Shown: positions 19,752 through 29,552 of the stretch, in pieces | Numbering within the stretch: the first letter of the stretch is position 1 | How the letters are laid out: every line of letters starts with the position of its first letter | Source: an uncultured Thermoplasmatales archaeon | GTDB taxonomy: Archaea; Thermoplasmatota; E2; DHVEG-1 | NCBI GenBank assembly: GCA_964517155.1 | Contig: CAZFAZ010000055.1 | Location: 1 to 43,446, forward strand | Length of the DNA stretch: 43,446 bases | Direction of reading: 5' to 3' | The notes under the pieces: model-generated | Told to the model about the DNA's origin: nothing | What the model saw: only the letters and a program-made list of their open reading frames with translations | The model's database searches: none | Position numbers and translations under genes: made by a program

Positions 19752-20450
19752 TTAATACCACTCAGGCAATATTTCGTATTTTAAAGGATCTTTTAAACCT
19801 GCTTTTTTAAAACCTTTAAGCCTTAAAAGACAAGAGTCACATCGTCCGCATGCTTTCTTTTTACCTAAATAGCAAGACCAAGTTTTATCAAAAGGAACGC
19901 CAAGTTCAAAGCCTTTCTTTATAATCTCAGATTTATTCAACGTTAAAACAGGTGTAATAATCTTAATGTTTTTACCATTCACACCTTTCTTTGTTGCAAG
20001 ATCTGCCATTTTCTGAAAAGCTTGAAAGTATTTGGGCCTGCAATCTGGATACCCTGAGTAATCAGCAGATGTAGCACCAATAAATATTGCATCAGCGTCA
20101 ACTGTTTCAGCAAAACCAAGTGCAACAGATAAAAAAATTGTGTTACGTGCTGGAACATAAGTGTTTGGGATATCTTTTCCGATATCTTCAAGTTTATTAT
20201 CAATTTCAGGTTTTATGGATTTATCAATCAGAGACGAACCACCAAACTGAGCTATATCAATTTCAAAAATAATGTGTTTTTTAACATCAAGTGTTTTAGC
20301 AATTTGTTTAGCAGATTTAATTTCTTTATTATGCCTCTGACCATAAACAAAGGACAAAGCAAAAATCTTATAACCCATGTCTTTTGCAATAAATGCAGAA
20401 ACAGCAGAATCAAGACCACCAGAAATTAAACAAACTGCTTTTTTCCCCAT
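19752..20450 (-). CDS. queC: 7-cyano-7-deazaguanine (preQ0) synthase
   Basis: SGGLDS, YGQRH, TYVPARN, GYPDCR, TWSCY..CGRCDSC. Confidence 0.97.
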   Translation of the reverse strand: MGKKAVCLISGGLDSAVSAFIAKDMGYKIFALSFVYGQRHNKEIKSAKQIAKTLDVKKHIIFEIDIAQFGGSSLIDKSIKPEIDNKLEDIGKDIPNTYVPARNTIFLSVALGFAETVDADAIFIGATSADYSGYPDCRPKYFQAFQKMADLATKKGVNGKNIKIITPVLTLNKSEIIKKGFELGVPFDKTWSCYLGKKKACGRCDSCLLRLKGFKKAGLKDPLKYEILPEWY

Positions 20451-20465
20451 AAAAAAACTCCTAAC

Positions 20466-20948
20466 TTATTTTATTTTCGTAGATATTCTTGCACCTTGGC
20501 CATATCCTTCATCAACACCTATTTCAACACAGTTTACACCTAAAGGCAGTTTAAGATTTTTAACTACATAATCTAAAATGTATCTTGCAATATTTTCAGC
20601 AGAAGTAGAAGAAATAGGTAAAAATACACAATCACTAAATGGAAAAACAAAGGTTTTACCAAGAGCTGTTATTTTAACATCTTTTTTATTTTTCTGAATT
20701 TTTGCAACACTGCTTTTTTCAGGTATGAGAACTTTATGATCAAGATAATTTGCAATTTCTCTTAGTACATCTTTTAAAACTGAAAAATCAAGAATTATTC
20801 CTTTATCATCAGTATCTCCACTTATTTTTGCATGAATTGCGTATGTATGACCATGAAGCCTGCCACATTTTTCATATTCATGAATAATATGAGCTGAAGA
20901 AAAACGAATATTTGAACGCCATCCATCAATAGTTATATATGAATCCAT
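20466..20948 (-). CDS. queD: 6-carboxytetrahydropterin synthase
   Basis: FSSAH..CGRLHGH..LDH..SAENIA; ATG start (MDSY) just past the iscU stop. Confidence 0.92.
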   Translation of the reverse strand: MDSYITIDGWRSNIRFSSAHIIHEYEKCGRLHGHTYAIHAKISGDTDDKGIILDFSVLKDVLREIANYLDHKVLIPEKSSVAKIQKNKKDVKITALGKTFVFPFSDCVFLPISSTSAENIARYILDYVVKNLKLPLGVNCVEIGVDEGYGQGARISTKIK

Positions 20949-20952
20949 AAAA

Positions 20953-21333
20953 TCACTCTTTCTTTTTCTTACGATAATCTTCAATTGCAGCTTTTAATGC
21001 ATCTGCAGCAAGATTAGAGCAATGCATTTTAACTGCCGGAAGACCTCCTAATTCATTTGCTACATCATTTCTTGTAAGTTTGAGTGCCTCATCAAGAGTT
21101 TTATCTTTCACTAGTTCTGTTGCAATACTGCTACTAGCCACCGCGGCAGTGCATCCAAAAGTTTGAAATTTAATATCAGATATTTTTTTATCTTTAACCT
21201 TTATATATATTACCATAACATCGCCACAGGTAGGATTCCCCACTTTTCCAACGCCATCTGGGTTTTCCATTTTACCCATATTGCGAGGGTTACGAAAATG
21301 ATCTAACACTTTTTCTGTATACATATCTGTCAT
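20953..21333 (-). CDS. iscU: Fe-S cluster scaffold NifU/IscU
   Basis: DHFRNPRN, NPTCGD, FGC, LPAVKMHC. Confidence 0.96.
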   Translation of the reverse strand: MTDMYTEKVLDHFRNPRNMGKMENPDGVGKVGNPTCGDVMVIYIKVKDKKISDIKFQTFGCTAAVASSSIATELVKDKTLDEALKLTRNDVANELGGLPAVKMHCSNLAADALKAAIEDYRKKKKE

Positions 21334-21345
21334 AATACAACCTTT

Positions 21346-22500
21346 TTATCTATTCCATAAAGGAGACATAACTCTCAGTTTATTAACAATACCTGGAATT
21401 GTATCACATACATAATCTACTTCTTCTTTTGTACTGTGCCTACCAAGACTTAATCGCAATGAGCCATGAGCCAACTCGGGTGTAAGACCAATTCCTGTTA
21501 AAACATGAGATGCTTGTAGTTTCTTTGATGAACAAGCAGAACCTGTCGCTGCAGCAATTCCTGCATCGTTAAGCATCATGTTTAACGATTCACCTTCAAT
21601 TGCGGTAAATCTGAAATGAGCATTGTTTGCAAGACGCTGTGTAGGATGACCATTAAGATAGCTTTCTTCTATTTCTAAAACGTTTTTAATTAAACCATCT
21701 CTAAGCTTTATCATATGTGCTACATCTTTATCCATGTTTTTTAAACCAAGCTGACAGGCTTTGCCAAGACCTACTATCCCTGGAGTATTATATGTGCTAC
21801 TGCGTATTCCTTTTTCATGGCCACCACCATGCAGAATAGTTTGAAGTTTTACTCCTTTGCGGATATATAGTGCACCAATACCCTTTGGCCCATATATCTT
21901 ATGTGAAGAAATAGAAAGCAAGTCAATATTCAGCTTGTTTACATCAATTGGTACTTTTCCTACTGCCTGAACTGCATCTGTATGAAACAAGACATTATGT
22001 TTTTTGGCAATTTTGCCGATTTCTTGCATAGGTTCAATTGTTCCAATTTCATTGTTTGCAAACATAATTGTTATTAGAAATGTATCTTTTGAAATTGCTT
22101 TTTCAAGCTCTTCAAGATTTACAATTCCATATTTATCAACTGGTAAAAACTTAACTTTATAACCCAAATTATCAAGGTATTTACAGGTTTCAAGAACCGC
22201 TGGATGCTCAATTGCACAAGTAATAATATTGTAACCTTTTGAGTTCTTTTTATCTTTATTTTTAAATGCAACTCCTTTTATTGCAATATTATCTGACTCT
22301 GTACCGCCTGCTGTAAATATTATCTCATAGTTTTTTGCACCAATTATTTTTGCAACGTTTTCTCTTGATTCTTCAATTGCATTAAAAGCATCAATTCCAA
22401 AAGAATGAATTGAAGATGCATTACCATAATATTTATCAAAAAAAGGTAACATTTCATCGATTACTTCTTTATCAACTGGTGTTGAAGCAGCATAATCCAT
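21346..22500 (-). CDS. iscS: Cysteine desulfurase
   Basis: DYAAST, GNASS, HTDAVQ, SSHKIYGPKG, GSACSS; true start may be 22515 (see findings). Confidence 0.96.
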   Translation of the reverse strand: MDYAASTPVDKEVIDEMLPFFDKYYGNASSIHSFGIDAFNAIEESRENVAKIIGAKNYEIIFTAGGTESDNIAIKGVAFKNKDKKNSKGYNIITCAIEHPAVLETCKYLDNLGYKVKFLPVDKYGIVNLEELEKAISKDTFLITIMFANNEIGTIEPMQEIGKIAKKHNVLFHTDAVQAVGKVPIDVNKLNIDLLSISSHKIYGPKGIGALYIRKGVKLQTILHGGGHEKGIRSSTYNTPGIVGLGKACQLGLKNMDKDVAHMIKLRDGLIKNVLEIEESYLNGHPTQRLANNAHFRFTAIEGESLNMMLNDAGIAAATGSACSSKKLQASHVLTGIGLTPELAHGSLRLSLGRHSTKEEVDYVCDTIPGIVNKLRVMSPLWNR

Positions 22501-22519
22501 ATATATTTTTTGTATAATT

Positions 22520-23434
22520 TTAATTCCCCCTACGCATATCCATCATTCTCTTGAGAGGTTTTTTTGCATTTTTCATTATATCTTCTGAAAGTGTTATCTT
22601 TGGTTCTAACGTTTCCAGGCTTTTTAAAACTTTGTCTATTGTTATTTTTTTCATATTTTGGCAAACTGCATATTTGATAGGATAAAACTCTTTTTTTGGG
22701 TTTTCTTTTTTCAGACGGTAACATATTTCCTTTTCTGTACAAATTATAAATTCTGTTGTATCTGATTCTTTAGCATATTTTACCATTCCATTTGTTGAAA
22801 AAACATGGTCTGCTATATCTATTACTTCGGGTCTGCATTCTGGATGAACTAGTATTTCTGCAGCAGGGTGTTCTTTTTTGAGCTTTAAAATATCTTCTTT
22901 TCTTATTTTGTGATGTGTCAAGCACATTCCTGGCCAGATAATCATTTCTTTATCAGGTATTTGTCTTTGTATATATGCACCAAGGTTTTGATCTGGAACA
23001 AAAATGACGTTTTTAGCAGACAAACTTTTTACTACGTCTACACCATTTGCAGAGGTACAACAAATAGTAGAATATGTTTTTAATTCTGCAGTAGTGTTAA
23101 TGTAGGCTACAACTTCAGCATGAGGATACTCTTTTTTTATTTTTAAAAGGTTTTTAGTGTTTACCATATTTGCCATTGGACATCTAGCAGTAATATCAGG
23201 TATTATCACATTTTTTTCAGGGTTTAGAATTTTTGCTGATTCTGCCATGAAATCTACACCGCAAAAAATTATTGTTTCTGCATCTGTTTTTTGTGCTTTT
23301 TTTGCAAGATCTAGTGAATCACCAAGAAAATCAGCTATATCTTGAACTTCTGGTAACTGATAATTATGAGCAAGTATTACTGCATTTTTTTCTGATTTTA
23401 GTTTCTGAATTTTCTGGGTGATATCATTTTTCAT
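22520..23434 (-). CDS. nadA: Quinolinate synthase
   Basis: ILAHNYQ, FCGVDFMAE, CPMA, HPEC, CQNMK. Confidence 0.97.
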   Translation of the reverse strand: MKNDITQKIQKLKSEKNAVILAHNYQLPEVQDIADFLGDSLDLAKKAQKTDAETIIFCGVDFMAESAKILNPEKNVIIPDITARCPMANMVNTKNLLKIKKEYPHAEVVAYINTTAELKTYSTICCTSANGVDVVKSLSAKNVIFVPDQNLGAYIQRQIPDKEMIIWPGMCLTHHKIRKEDILKLKKEHPAAEILVHPECRPEVIDIADHVFSTNGMVKYAKESDTTEFIICTEKEICYRLKKENPKKEFYPIKYAVCQNMKKITIDKVLKSLETLEPKITLSEDIMKNAKKPLKRMMDMRRGN

Positions 23435-23569
23435 TATAATAGAACCAAGCCGTTATTTTTTTGTCTCTTATATAGCTTTCCAACTATTTTTTTAAAAAAG
23501 TCAATAATTATACAAACCAAAAGATTATAACCATGAAAAAGTATACACTTTTTGGAGGTTGGATGGAGT

Positions 23570-24010
23570 ATGGATATAGTCGCCTTGATTATAGGATTTA
23601 TACTAGGAGTAATAGTTGTTGGAATAGCAGTTGAAATAGGAATAAAAAAAGTAACAAGTGCTACACCTTCTTCAAAACACACAAACAAATGGAGTATTTC
23701 AGAAATTTCAAACCCAAAGATTATGGCTGAATATTTATCAGATGTTGATCTTCCTAAAAACTCAAAAGTAATTGTAAATAAGTGTGCAGATAGAAACATG
23801 CTAGCAGGGCTTGATGCCAAAGAACATAGTGGAATAAAAGGAAACTTTATAGTTGGTGATGATAGAGCACTTATACTTTCTGGTCCGCTTAAGAAAGATG
23901 AAGTTGGTTTCTGGACAGTTGAAGAAGAAATCGTTAAAAAGTTAAACCAGGACTTTGATGAGATGTGGACTGAAGCAGAAACTATGAAGTTTGAAGAAGA
24001 CAAAAAATAA
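23570..24010 (+). CDS. Membrane-anchored hypothetical protein with PLD/TrmB-like C-terminal fold
   Basis: N-terminal TM; NFIVGDDRALILSG..FDEMW pattern; ATG after GGAG. Confidence 0.75.
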   Translation: MDIVALIIGFILGVIVVGIAVEIGIKKVTSATPSSKHTNKWSISEISNPKIMAEYLSDVDLPKNSKVIVNKCADRNMLAGLDAKEHSGIKGNFIVGDDRALILSGPLKKDEVGFWTVEEEIVKKLNQDFDEMWTEAETMKFEEDKK

Positions 24011-24063
24011 AGTGTTATCCAAATGGTTAATTAATTAAACACCTTTTTATTTTCCCACTACGA

Positions 24064-25344
24064 ATGCTAAACTTAATTGGTGTAACTATTGCATTTGTAG
24101 TAATTATTTTTCTAATTCGTAAAAAATTTAATTTTGGGTTATCACTAATCGTTGGTTCACTTATCGTTGGTATATTTTCGTTACAAGAAATACAAATGAT
24201 AGATATTCCAAAAGCAATAATAGAAGCATCTTTTTATTCTTTTAAAACAAATCAGATTTATACATATACAATAGAGCTTGCAATTCTTATGATTGTAATT
24301 TATATCCTTGCAAAATTAATGCAGGAAACCGGAAGCATAACAAAAATAATTGAGTCATTAAGACCATTATTTTCAAAGGGAGGGGTTTTAGGAGTAATAC
24401 CTGCTTTGTATGGCCTTATGCCAGTACCAGGTGGTGCACTTTTTTCTGCACCAATGATTGATGAAGAAGGAGAAAAATATAAGTTAAATCAAAATCAGAA
24501 AAACTATCTGAATGTATGGTTTCGCCATATATGGTTTCCAATTTATCCGATATCCTCTGCAATGATTCTGATATGCAGCGTTGAATTTTCAAATATTGAG
24601 ATATCTACACTTATGCTTGTAAACATACCTGCGTTTTTGATATCTATTATAATAGGACTTTTTTTCCTTAGACGATTTTTAAAAAATAATAATTTTAAAG
24701 CTGAAGAAAAAATCAAAAACAAGGATATGAGCGGGTTAAAATTTTTACTGCCGCCGATAATACCCTTGTTTATATATGCAGTTTTGTGGTTATTTGGAGT
24801 CTCTCAGATAAGAGCTTTTTTAATAGGCGTAGTAATAAGTTTATTTTTAGTGTATTTTTTAACTAAAATTTCATTTGAAAAATTTATAAATCTAATTAAA
24901 AAATCACTTAATTTTAAACTTGCTATTGCAATTTTTGGGATTATGATTTTTAGGCAAATGATATCTGTTTCAGGTGCAGATATGCTTATTGCTGATTTAA
25001 TCAAAGCATCTAATATTCCAACTATTTCAATGATTGTGTTAATACCATTAATTTTAGGAGTATTAACTGGCTATAACCTTGGAGCAGTAGCATTATCTTA
25101 TCCAATAATCCAACCATTCTTTCCGCAACCAATAAATGGCATTACAACAATTGGGCTGACAAGTCTGATTTTTATAAGCTCTGTTGTAGGTTATCTTATT
25201 TCACCTATTCATCTCTGTAATGTTTTAAGTAGTGATTATTTAAAAACAGATACAACAAGAATGTATAAAATGTATGTCCCCTCCGCAGTTGTAATGCTTC
25301 TTGTTCAGATTGTTTTTGTAGTTTTACTTATAAACATTTTTTAA
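24064..25344 (+). CDS. DUF401 family membrane protein
   Basis: Many TM helices; GLMPVPGGALFSAP, NVWFRH, SPIHLC. Confidence 0.88.
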   Translation: MLNLIGVTIAFVVIIFLIRKKFNFGLSLIVGSLIVGIFSLQEIQMIDIPKAIIEASFYSFKTNQIYTYTIELAILMIVIYILAKLMQETGSITKIIESLRPLFSKGGVLGVIPALYGLMPVPGGALFSAPMIDEEGEKYKLNQNQKNYLNVWFRHIWFPIYPISSAMILICSVEFSNIEISTLMLVNIPAFLISIIIGLFFLRRFLKNNNFKAEEKIKNKDMSGLKFLLPPIIPLFIYAVLWLFGVSQIRAFLIGVVISLFLVYFLTKISFEKFINLIKKSLNFKLAIAIFGIMIFRQMISVSGADMLIADLIKASNIPTISMIVLIPLILGVLTGYNLGAVALSYPIIQPFFPQPINGITTIGLTSLIFISSVVGYLISPIHLCNVLSSDYLKTDTTRMYKMYVPSAVVMLLVQIVFVVLLINIF

Positions 25345-25387
25345 AGGATAAATCTTTTAAAACCATAGTTTCCTACAGGGGTCTTAA

Positions 25388-26977
25388 ATGAATCAAGAAA
25401 AATTCTTCAATACACTTAAGAAACCTAAGGTTTATGGGTCAAATGTAAAAAACGTTGATGTTATTCAAACTCATATATCATATGTTTTTCTTACGGGAGA
25501 ATATGTTTATAAAATTAAAAAACCTGTAAATTTTGGTTTTCTTGATTTTTCCACCCTTGAAAAAAGAAAACATTTCTGCGAAGAGGAATTAAAACTTAAC
25601 AGAAGACTTTGCCCTCAAATATATCTAGATGTTATAAAAATAACAAAAAAAAATGACGACCTTGAGCTAAATGGTTCTGGCGAAATTGTAGATTACGCTG
25701 TTAAAATGAAAGAGTTTCCTCAAAACTCTATCTTAAATAAATTACTTGAAAAAAACAAAATCGATGAAAAAACAATTGACAGCATTGTTGATATCTTAGT
25801 TGATTTTTATAAATCTGGTAAATCATCAGATAAAATAAATTATTTTGGAACAGCTGAGACTGTAAAACATAATACTGATGAAAACTTTGAGCAGACAAAA
25901 GATTTTATCAATGTAACAATTAACAAAGAAATATTTGATTTTATCAAAAAAACAACTAATGATTTCTTAAATACTAATAAAAATATTTTTGAGGATAGAG
26001 TTAAAAATGGTTTTATCAAGGATTGCCATGGAGATTTACATAGCGGCAATATTGTATTAATTGATAATAAAATCTGCATCTTTGACTGTATAGAGTTTAA
26101 CCAGCGTTTCCGCTATAGCGATGTTGCATCTGATATCGCGTTTCTTGCAATGGATCTAGATTTTCTTGGCCAAGCATATCTTTCCAGTTATCTAATTGAA
26201 AGATACATTAAAAAAAGTAAAGATGAAGGTATTTTTAATGTTTTAAATTTCTATAAATGCTATCGAGCATATGTGCGTGGTAAAGTTACAGGTTTTAGAT
26301 TAAATGATCCCAATATTGATAAATTAGAAAAAGAAAAAATAATAAATCTTGCAAAGAAATATTTTGATTTAGCATATTATTATGCTTTACTTTTTTTAAG
26401 AGAAAACAAAAAAGCTGCAAAACCTGTTCTTTTTATAACAACAGGTTTGACAGGAACTGGTAAAACAACTATTGCCCGCAAGATTGCAGTTGATTATAAT
26501 GCTAAACTTATAAGTACAGATACTGTTCGCAAAGAACTTGCGGGAGTAGATAAATATGAACGTCATCATGATGCATACAATACTGGTCTTTACAGCCCTG
26601 ATAAAATGAGAGAAACTTATGATAAAATCTTTGAAGAAGCAAGTATTTTTTTAAAGAAACACAGAAACGTTGTTCTTGATGCAACTTTTAAAACAGAAAA
26701 ACTAAGAGGCATGGCAAAGAAATTATCAAAAGAAAATAACGCCTGTTTTTTGATACTTTACTGTAATTGTCCTCAGGATAAAGTAAAAGAATATCTTGAT
26801 TTGCGGGTCAAGAAAAAATCTGTTTCTGATGGTCGCTGGGAGATTTATGTTAAACAGAAAACTTCATTTGAAAAACCCAATAAAAAAGATTCTGTTGAAA
26901 TCGATGTTTCAAAAAATAGTTTAGAATATCAGCTTAATGTTTTTAAAAATGTTATACAAAAAATTTGTGAGGATTAA
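25388..26977 (+). CDS. Bifunctional aminoglycoside-phosphotransferase-like / AAA_33 kinase (Rv2004c-like)
   Basis: QTHISY, KIKKPV..LDFST, HGDLH, FDCIEF, P-loop GLTGTGKT. Confidence 0.92.
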   Translation: MNQEKFFNTLKKPKVYGSNVKNVDVIQTHISYVFLTGEYVYKIKKPVNFGFLDFSTLEKRKHFCEEELKLNRRLCPQIYLDVIKITKKNDDLELNGSGEIVDYAVKMKEFPQNSILNKLLEKNKIDEKTIDSIVDILVDFYKSGKSSDKINYFGTAETVKHNTDENFEQTKDFINVTINKEIFDFIKKTTNDFLNTNKNIFEDRVKNGFIKDCHGDLHSGNIVLIDNKICIFDCIEFNQRFRYSDVASDIAFLAMDLDFLGQAYLSSYLIERYIKKSKDEGIFNVLNFYKCYRAYVRGKVTGFRLNDPNIDKLEKEKIINLAKKYFDLAYYYALLFLRENKKAAKPVLFITTGLTGTGKTTIARKIAVDYNAKLISTDTVRKELAGVDKYERHHDAYNTGLYSPDKMRETYDKIFEEASIFLKKHRNVVLDATFKTEKLRGMAKKLSKENNACFLILYCNCPQDKVKEYLDLRVKKKSVSDGRWEIYVKQKTSFEKPNKKDSVEIDVSKNSLEYQLNVFKNVIQKICED

Positions 26978-26980
26978 AAA

Positions 26981-28000
26981 ATGAATATTAAAGGCTATTA
27001 TATTGATTTAGAAAAAGCTGTAAGAAAAATCAATAAAAATGATTACAAAAATGTTGTTTTACAAGTTCCAGAAGGGCTAAAGCATATCTTTAAAGATTTT
27101 GTAAGTTTTTTTGAAGAAAAAACAAAAGCAAATATTATTATTTCTGCAGATCCATGTTTTGGTGCTTGTGATATCCCTTCTTTTTTTTGTGAGAATACAG
27201 ATATTGATTTAATTATTCAAATAGGACATTTGCCTATGCCGGAGCTTACTGAACTGCCTGTTCCAGTTATGTTTCTTAATGCTTTTTCAAATACAGATGT
27301 GTCAAAGGTTGTTGAGAAAGCATTGCCAAGCATTAAAGGTAAAAAAATTGGTGTTGTAACAACAGCACAACATATCCATAAAATAGACGACGTTAAAAAC
27401 ATGCTTTTAAAAAATAATTTTGAGCCTGTAATATGCAAAGGTGATAAACGAATTGATTCAGATGGCCAGATTCTTGGTTGTAATTTTTCTGCTGCTACAA
27501 AAAGTATTTCTGATGTTGATATGTATCTGTTTATTGGTAGTGGAACTTTTCATCCGTTAGGCCTTATGATTTCTACAAAAAAACCTGTTATCAGTTGTGA
27601 TCCTTATACTAATCAAGTAAAATATAAGGAGCTTGACGATTTTAAAGATATGATTCTTCGTCAGCGTTATGGTGCTATTGCTCGTTCTAAAGATGCAAGA
27701 GCATATGGTATTGTAGTTTGTAGTAAAATTGGTCAATATCGTTTTGATGAAGTAAAAAAAATTAAAAAGCTAATCAATTCTAAAAACAAAAAAGCTTTTG
27801 TTTTAATTGTAAACTTTTTTTCTGCATCTTCTCTTGAAAGTTTCAGAGGCATTGATTGTTTTGTATCTCTTGGATGCCCTCGTGTTGCAATTGATGATTA
27901 TATGCAGTATGAAAAACCTATTATCACGCCTGTTGAACTTGAAATTGTACTTGGTGTAAAAAAATGGGATGATTATAGGTTTGATGAGATATTAAATTAG
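26981..28000 (+). CDS. dph2: Diphthamide biosynthesis enzyme Dph2
   Basis: QVPEGLK, PCFGACD, GQILGCN, GCPRVAIDD (three Fe-S cysteines). Confidence 0.95.
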   Translation: MNIKGYYIDLEKAVRKINKNDYKNVVLQVPEGLKHIFKDFVSFFEEKTKANIIISADPCFGACDIPSFFCENTDIDLIIQIGHLPMPELTELPVPVMFLNAFSNTDVSKVVEKALPSIKGKKIGVVTTAQHIHKIDDVKNMLLKNNFEPVICKGDKRIDSDGQILGCNFSAATKSISDVDMYLFIGSGTFHPLGLMISTKKPVISCDPYTNQVKYKELDDFKDMILRQRYGAIARSKDARAYGIVVCSKIGQYRFDEVKKIKKLINSKNKKAFVLIVNFFSASSLESFRGIDCFVSLGCPRVAIDDYMQYEKPIITPVELEIVLGVKKWDDYRFDEILN

Positions 28001-28005
28001 TAGAT

Positions 28006-29250
28006 TTAGGATGCTATCTTGAGTGCTTTGAGCATTAATGCATTATTTATCCAATTAAATGCATAGTACTCCATCCTTGATGAATGTAGTTCAGCATCAA
28101 GTTCATTTGAAAAAAATATCACTGCTACGTCTTTATCCAGCCTCATTGTTATAAGGTCAAGGGCTCCAACATATCCTCCACTATGGCCAATCTCTGTTTT
28201 TCCAAAAGCTTTTTGTTTTATAGCCCAGCCAAGACCATAGTTGTACTTATCCTCTGGTGAGAAATGAGCTTTATGCATAAGATCAACTGTTGTGTTATTC
28301 AAGATTCTTACGCCTTTGTATGCTCCGCCATTCATATGAGCTATTAGAAAATGAGAGTATTCTTCAACGGATGTTCTAAGTGTTATTGCAGGATATATTG
28401 GGTATATTCCATACTGTGGATGTCTGAAATATTCTCCGTCTTTGTATTCATATGGTACTGCTATGTTGCTGATGTTTTGATCTTTTAGTCTAAAACTTGA
28501 GTTGTACATTTCTAGCGGTTCGAAGATGTGTTCTTTGCAGTATTCATTGAAGTTTTCTCCTGAAAGTATTTCTATGAGGTATGCTAGTAGTGAATATCCC
28601 ACATTTGAGTAATAGTATTCTTCACCTGGTAAAGCTGTAGACCAGGTACTTGAACTATAAGCACTTCCATTTGGAGTAAAATATTCTTCAAACCAGGGCA
28701 TTGGGCAGTCTGATACATCTGGGTCGCCTGGTAGATAAGACAGGCATATCCAGTACAGGTTGTCATCTGCAAGGCTTGATCGATGTGACATCACCATTTC
28801 TATTGTAATTGGTATATCTGGATGATTTGGATTTCTAAATGTAAACGGCAGATAATCAGATATATCGTCTGTGAGGTTGAATTTTCCCTGATCATATTGT
28901 TGCATTAGTGCTGTTGCAACTACTGTTTTGGATACAGATGCCTGAAGATACAAAGTGTCAGTTGTTGCTTGTTTCTGGTTCTCTAAATCGTAATATCCAT
29001 AGCCTTTTGACCAAACAAGTGTGTCATTGTAAATTATCCCTGCTGCAACTGATGGTTTATGACCTATTTTCATTAGGATATTTATATATGTATCAAGAAC
29101 AGTTTCTGATAAATTTCCATTAATAACTTTTGTATTATTACCAAATTCTTTGAAATTAACTTGTGCTATTTCTATACTGGTTACAGTAGGACTTATTGTA
29201 ATACCTATAAAAACACTAGTTACTAAAATAATAAGAATCAACTTTTTCAT
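28006..29250 (-). CDS. Secreted serine hydrolase (beta-lactamase / peptidase S12 family)
   Basis: Signal peptide MKKLILIIL..; SxxK (ASVSK), YxN (YSN), GHSG. Confidence 0.9.
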   Translation of the reverse strand: MKKLILIILVTSVFIGITISPTVTSIEIAQVNFKEFGNNTKVINGNLSETVLDTYINILMKIGHKPSVAAGIIYNDTLVWSKGYGYYDLENQKQATTDTLYLQASVSKTVVATALMQQYDQGKFNLTDDISDYLPFTFRNPNHPDIPITIEMVMSHRSSLADDNLYWICLSYLPGDPDVSDCPMPWFEEYFTPNGSAYSSSTWSTALPGEEYYYSNVGYSLLAYLIEILSGENFNEYCKEHIFEPLEMYNSSFRLKDQNISNIAVPYEYKDGEYFRHPQYGIYPIYPAITLRTSVEEYSHFLIAHMNGGAYKGVRILNNTTVDLMHKAHFSPEDKYNYGLGWAIKQKAFGKTEIGHSGGYVGALDLITMRLDKDVAVIFFSNELDAELHSSRMEYYAFNWINNALMLKALKIAS

Positions 29251-29390
29251 AAATATCACAGCTTATTTTAGTATTATATATAATTGCTATAATATAAATC
29301 TTTTTACTTTTGTAGTGAACGCCGTAAATTATAAAAAAAAGGGCATTTGTTTAGCTTAAGATAAACAAATACAAAAAAAGAATAAATAGA

Positions 29391-29465
29391 TGGGCGAGGC
29401 CAGATTCGAACTGGCGGCCTCCCGGTTATCAGCCGGGTGCTCCAACCAAGCTAAGCTACTCGCCC
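29391..29465 (-). tRNA. tRNA-Ile (GAT), intronless, CCA not encoded
   Basis: GGGCGAG/CTCGCCC acceptor stem, CCCGG-CT GAT AA-CCGGG anticodon arm, GCCAG-TTCGAAT-CTGGC T arm. Confidence 0.97.
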
Positions 29466-29552
29466 AAGAATGCAGACTGGTATAATTGTTTTCATATAAA
29501 AAACTATATTTGGATATGGGTGGCTATTGAATAGATTAACACATATAATTTT

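Noticed and set aside
19752..20948. queC/queD as part of a Dpd or QatABCD defence system
   Set aside because: Canonical sequences in a housekeeping operon with no dpdA, TatD or ATPase neighbours; archaeosine synthesis explains them.
28006..29250. True beta-lactamase resistance gene
   Set aside because: SxxK/YxN/HxG motifs are shared across S12 peptidases and esterases; nothing indicates beta-lactam specificity.
29391..29465. tRNA-Ile as an integration site
   Set aside because: No duplicate of its 3' end and no integrase seen in the window.
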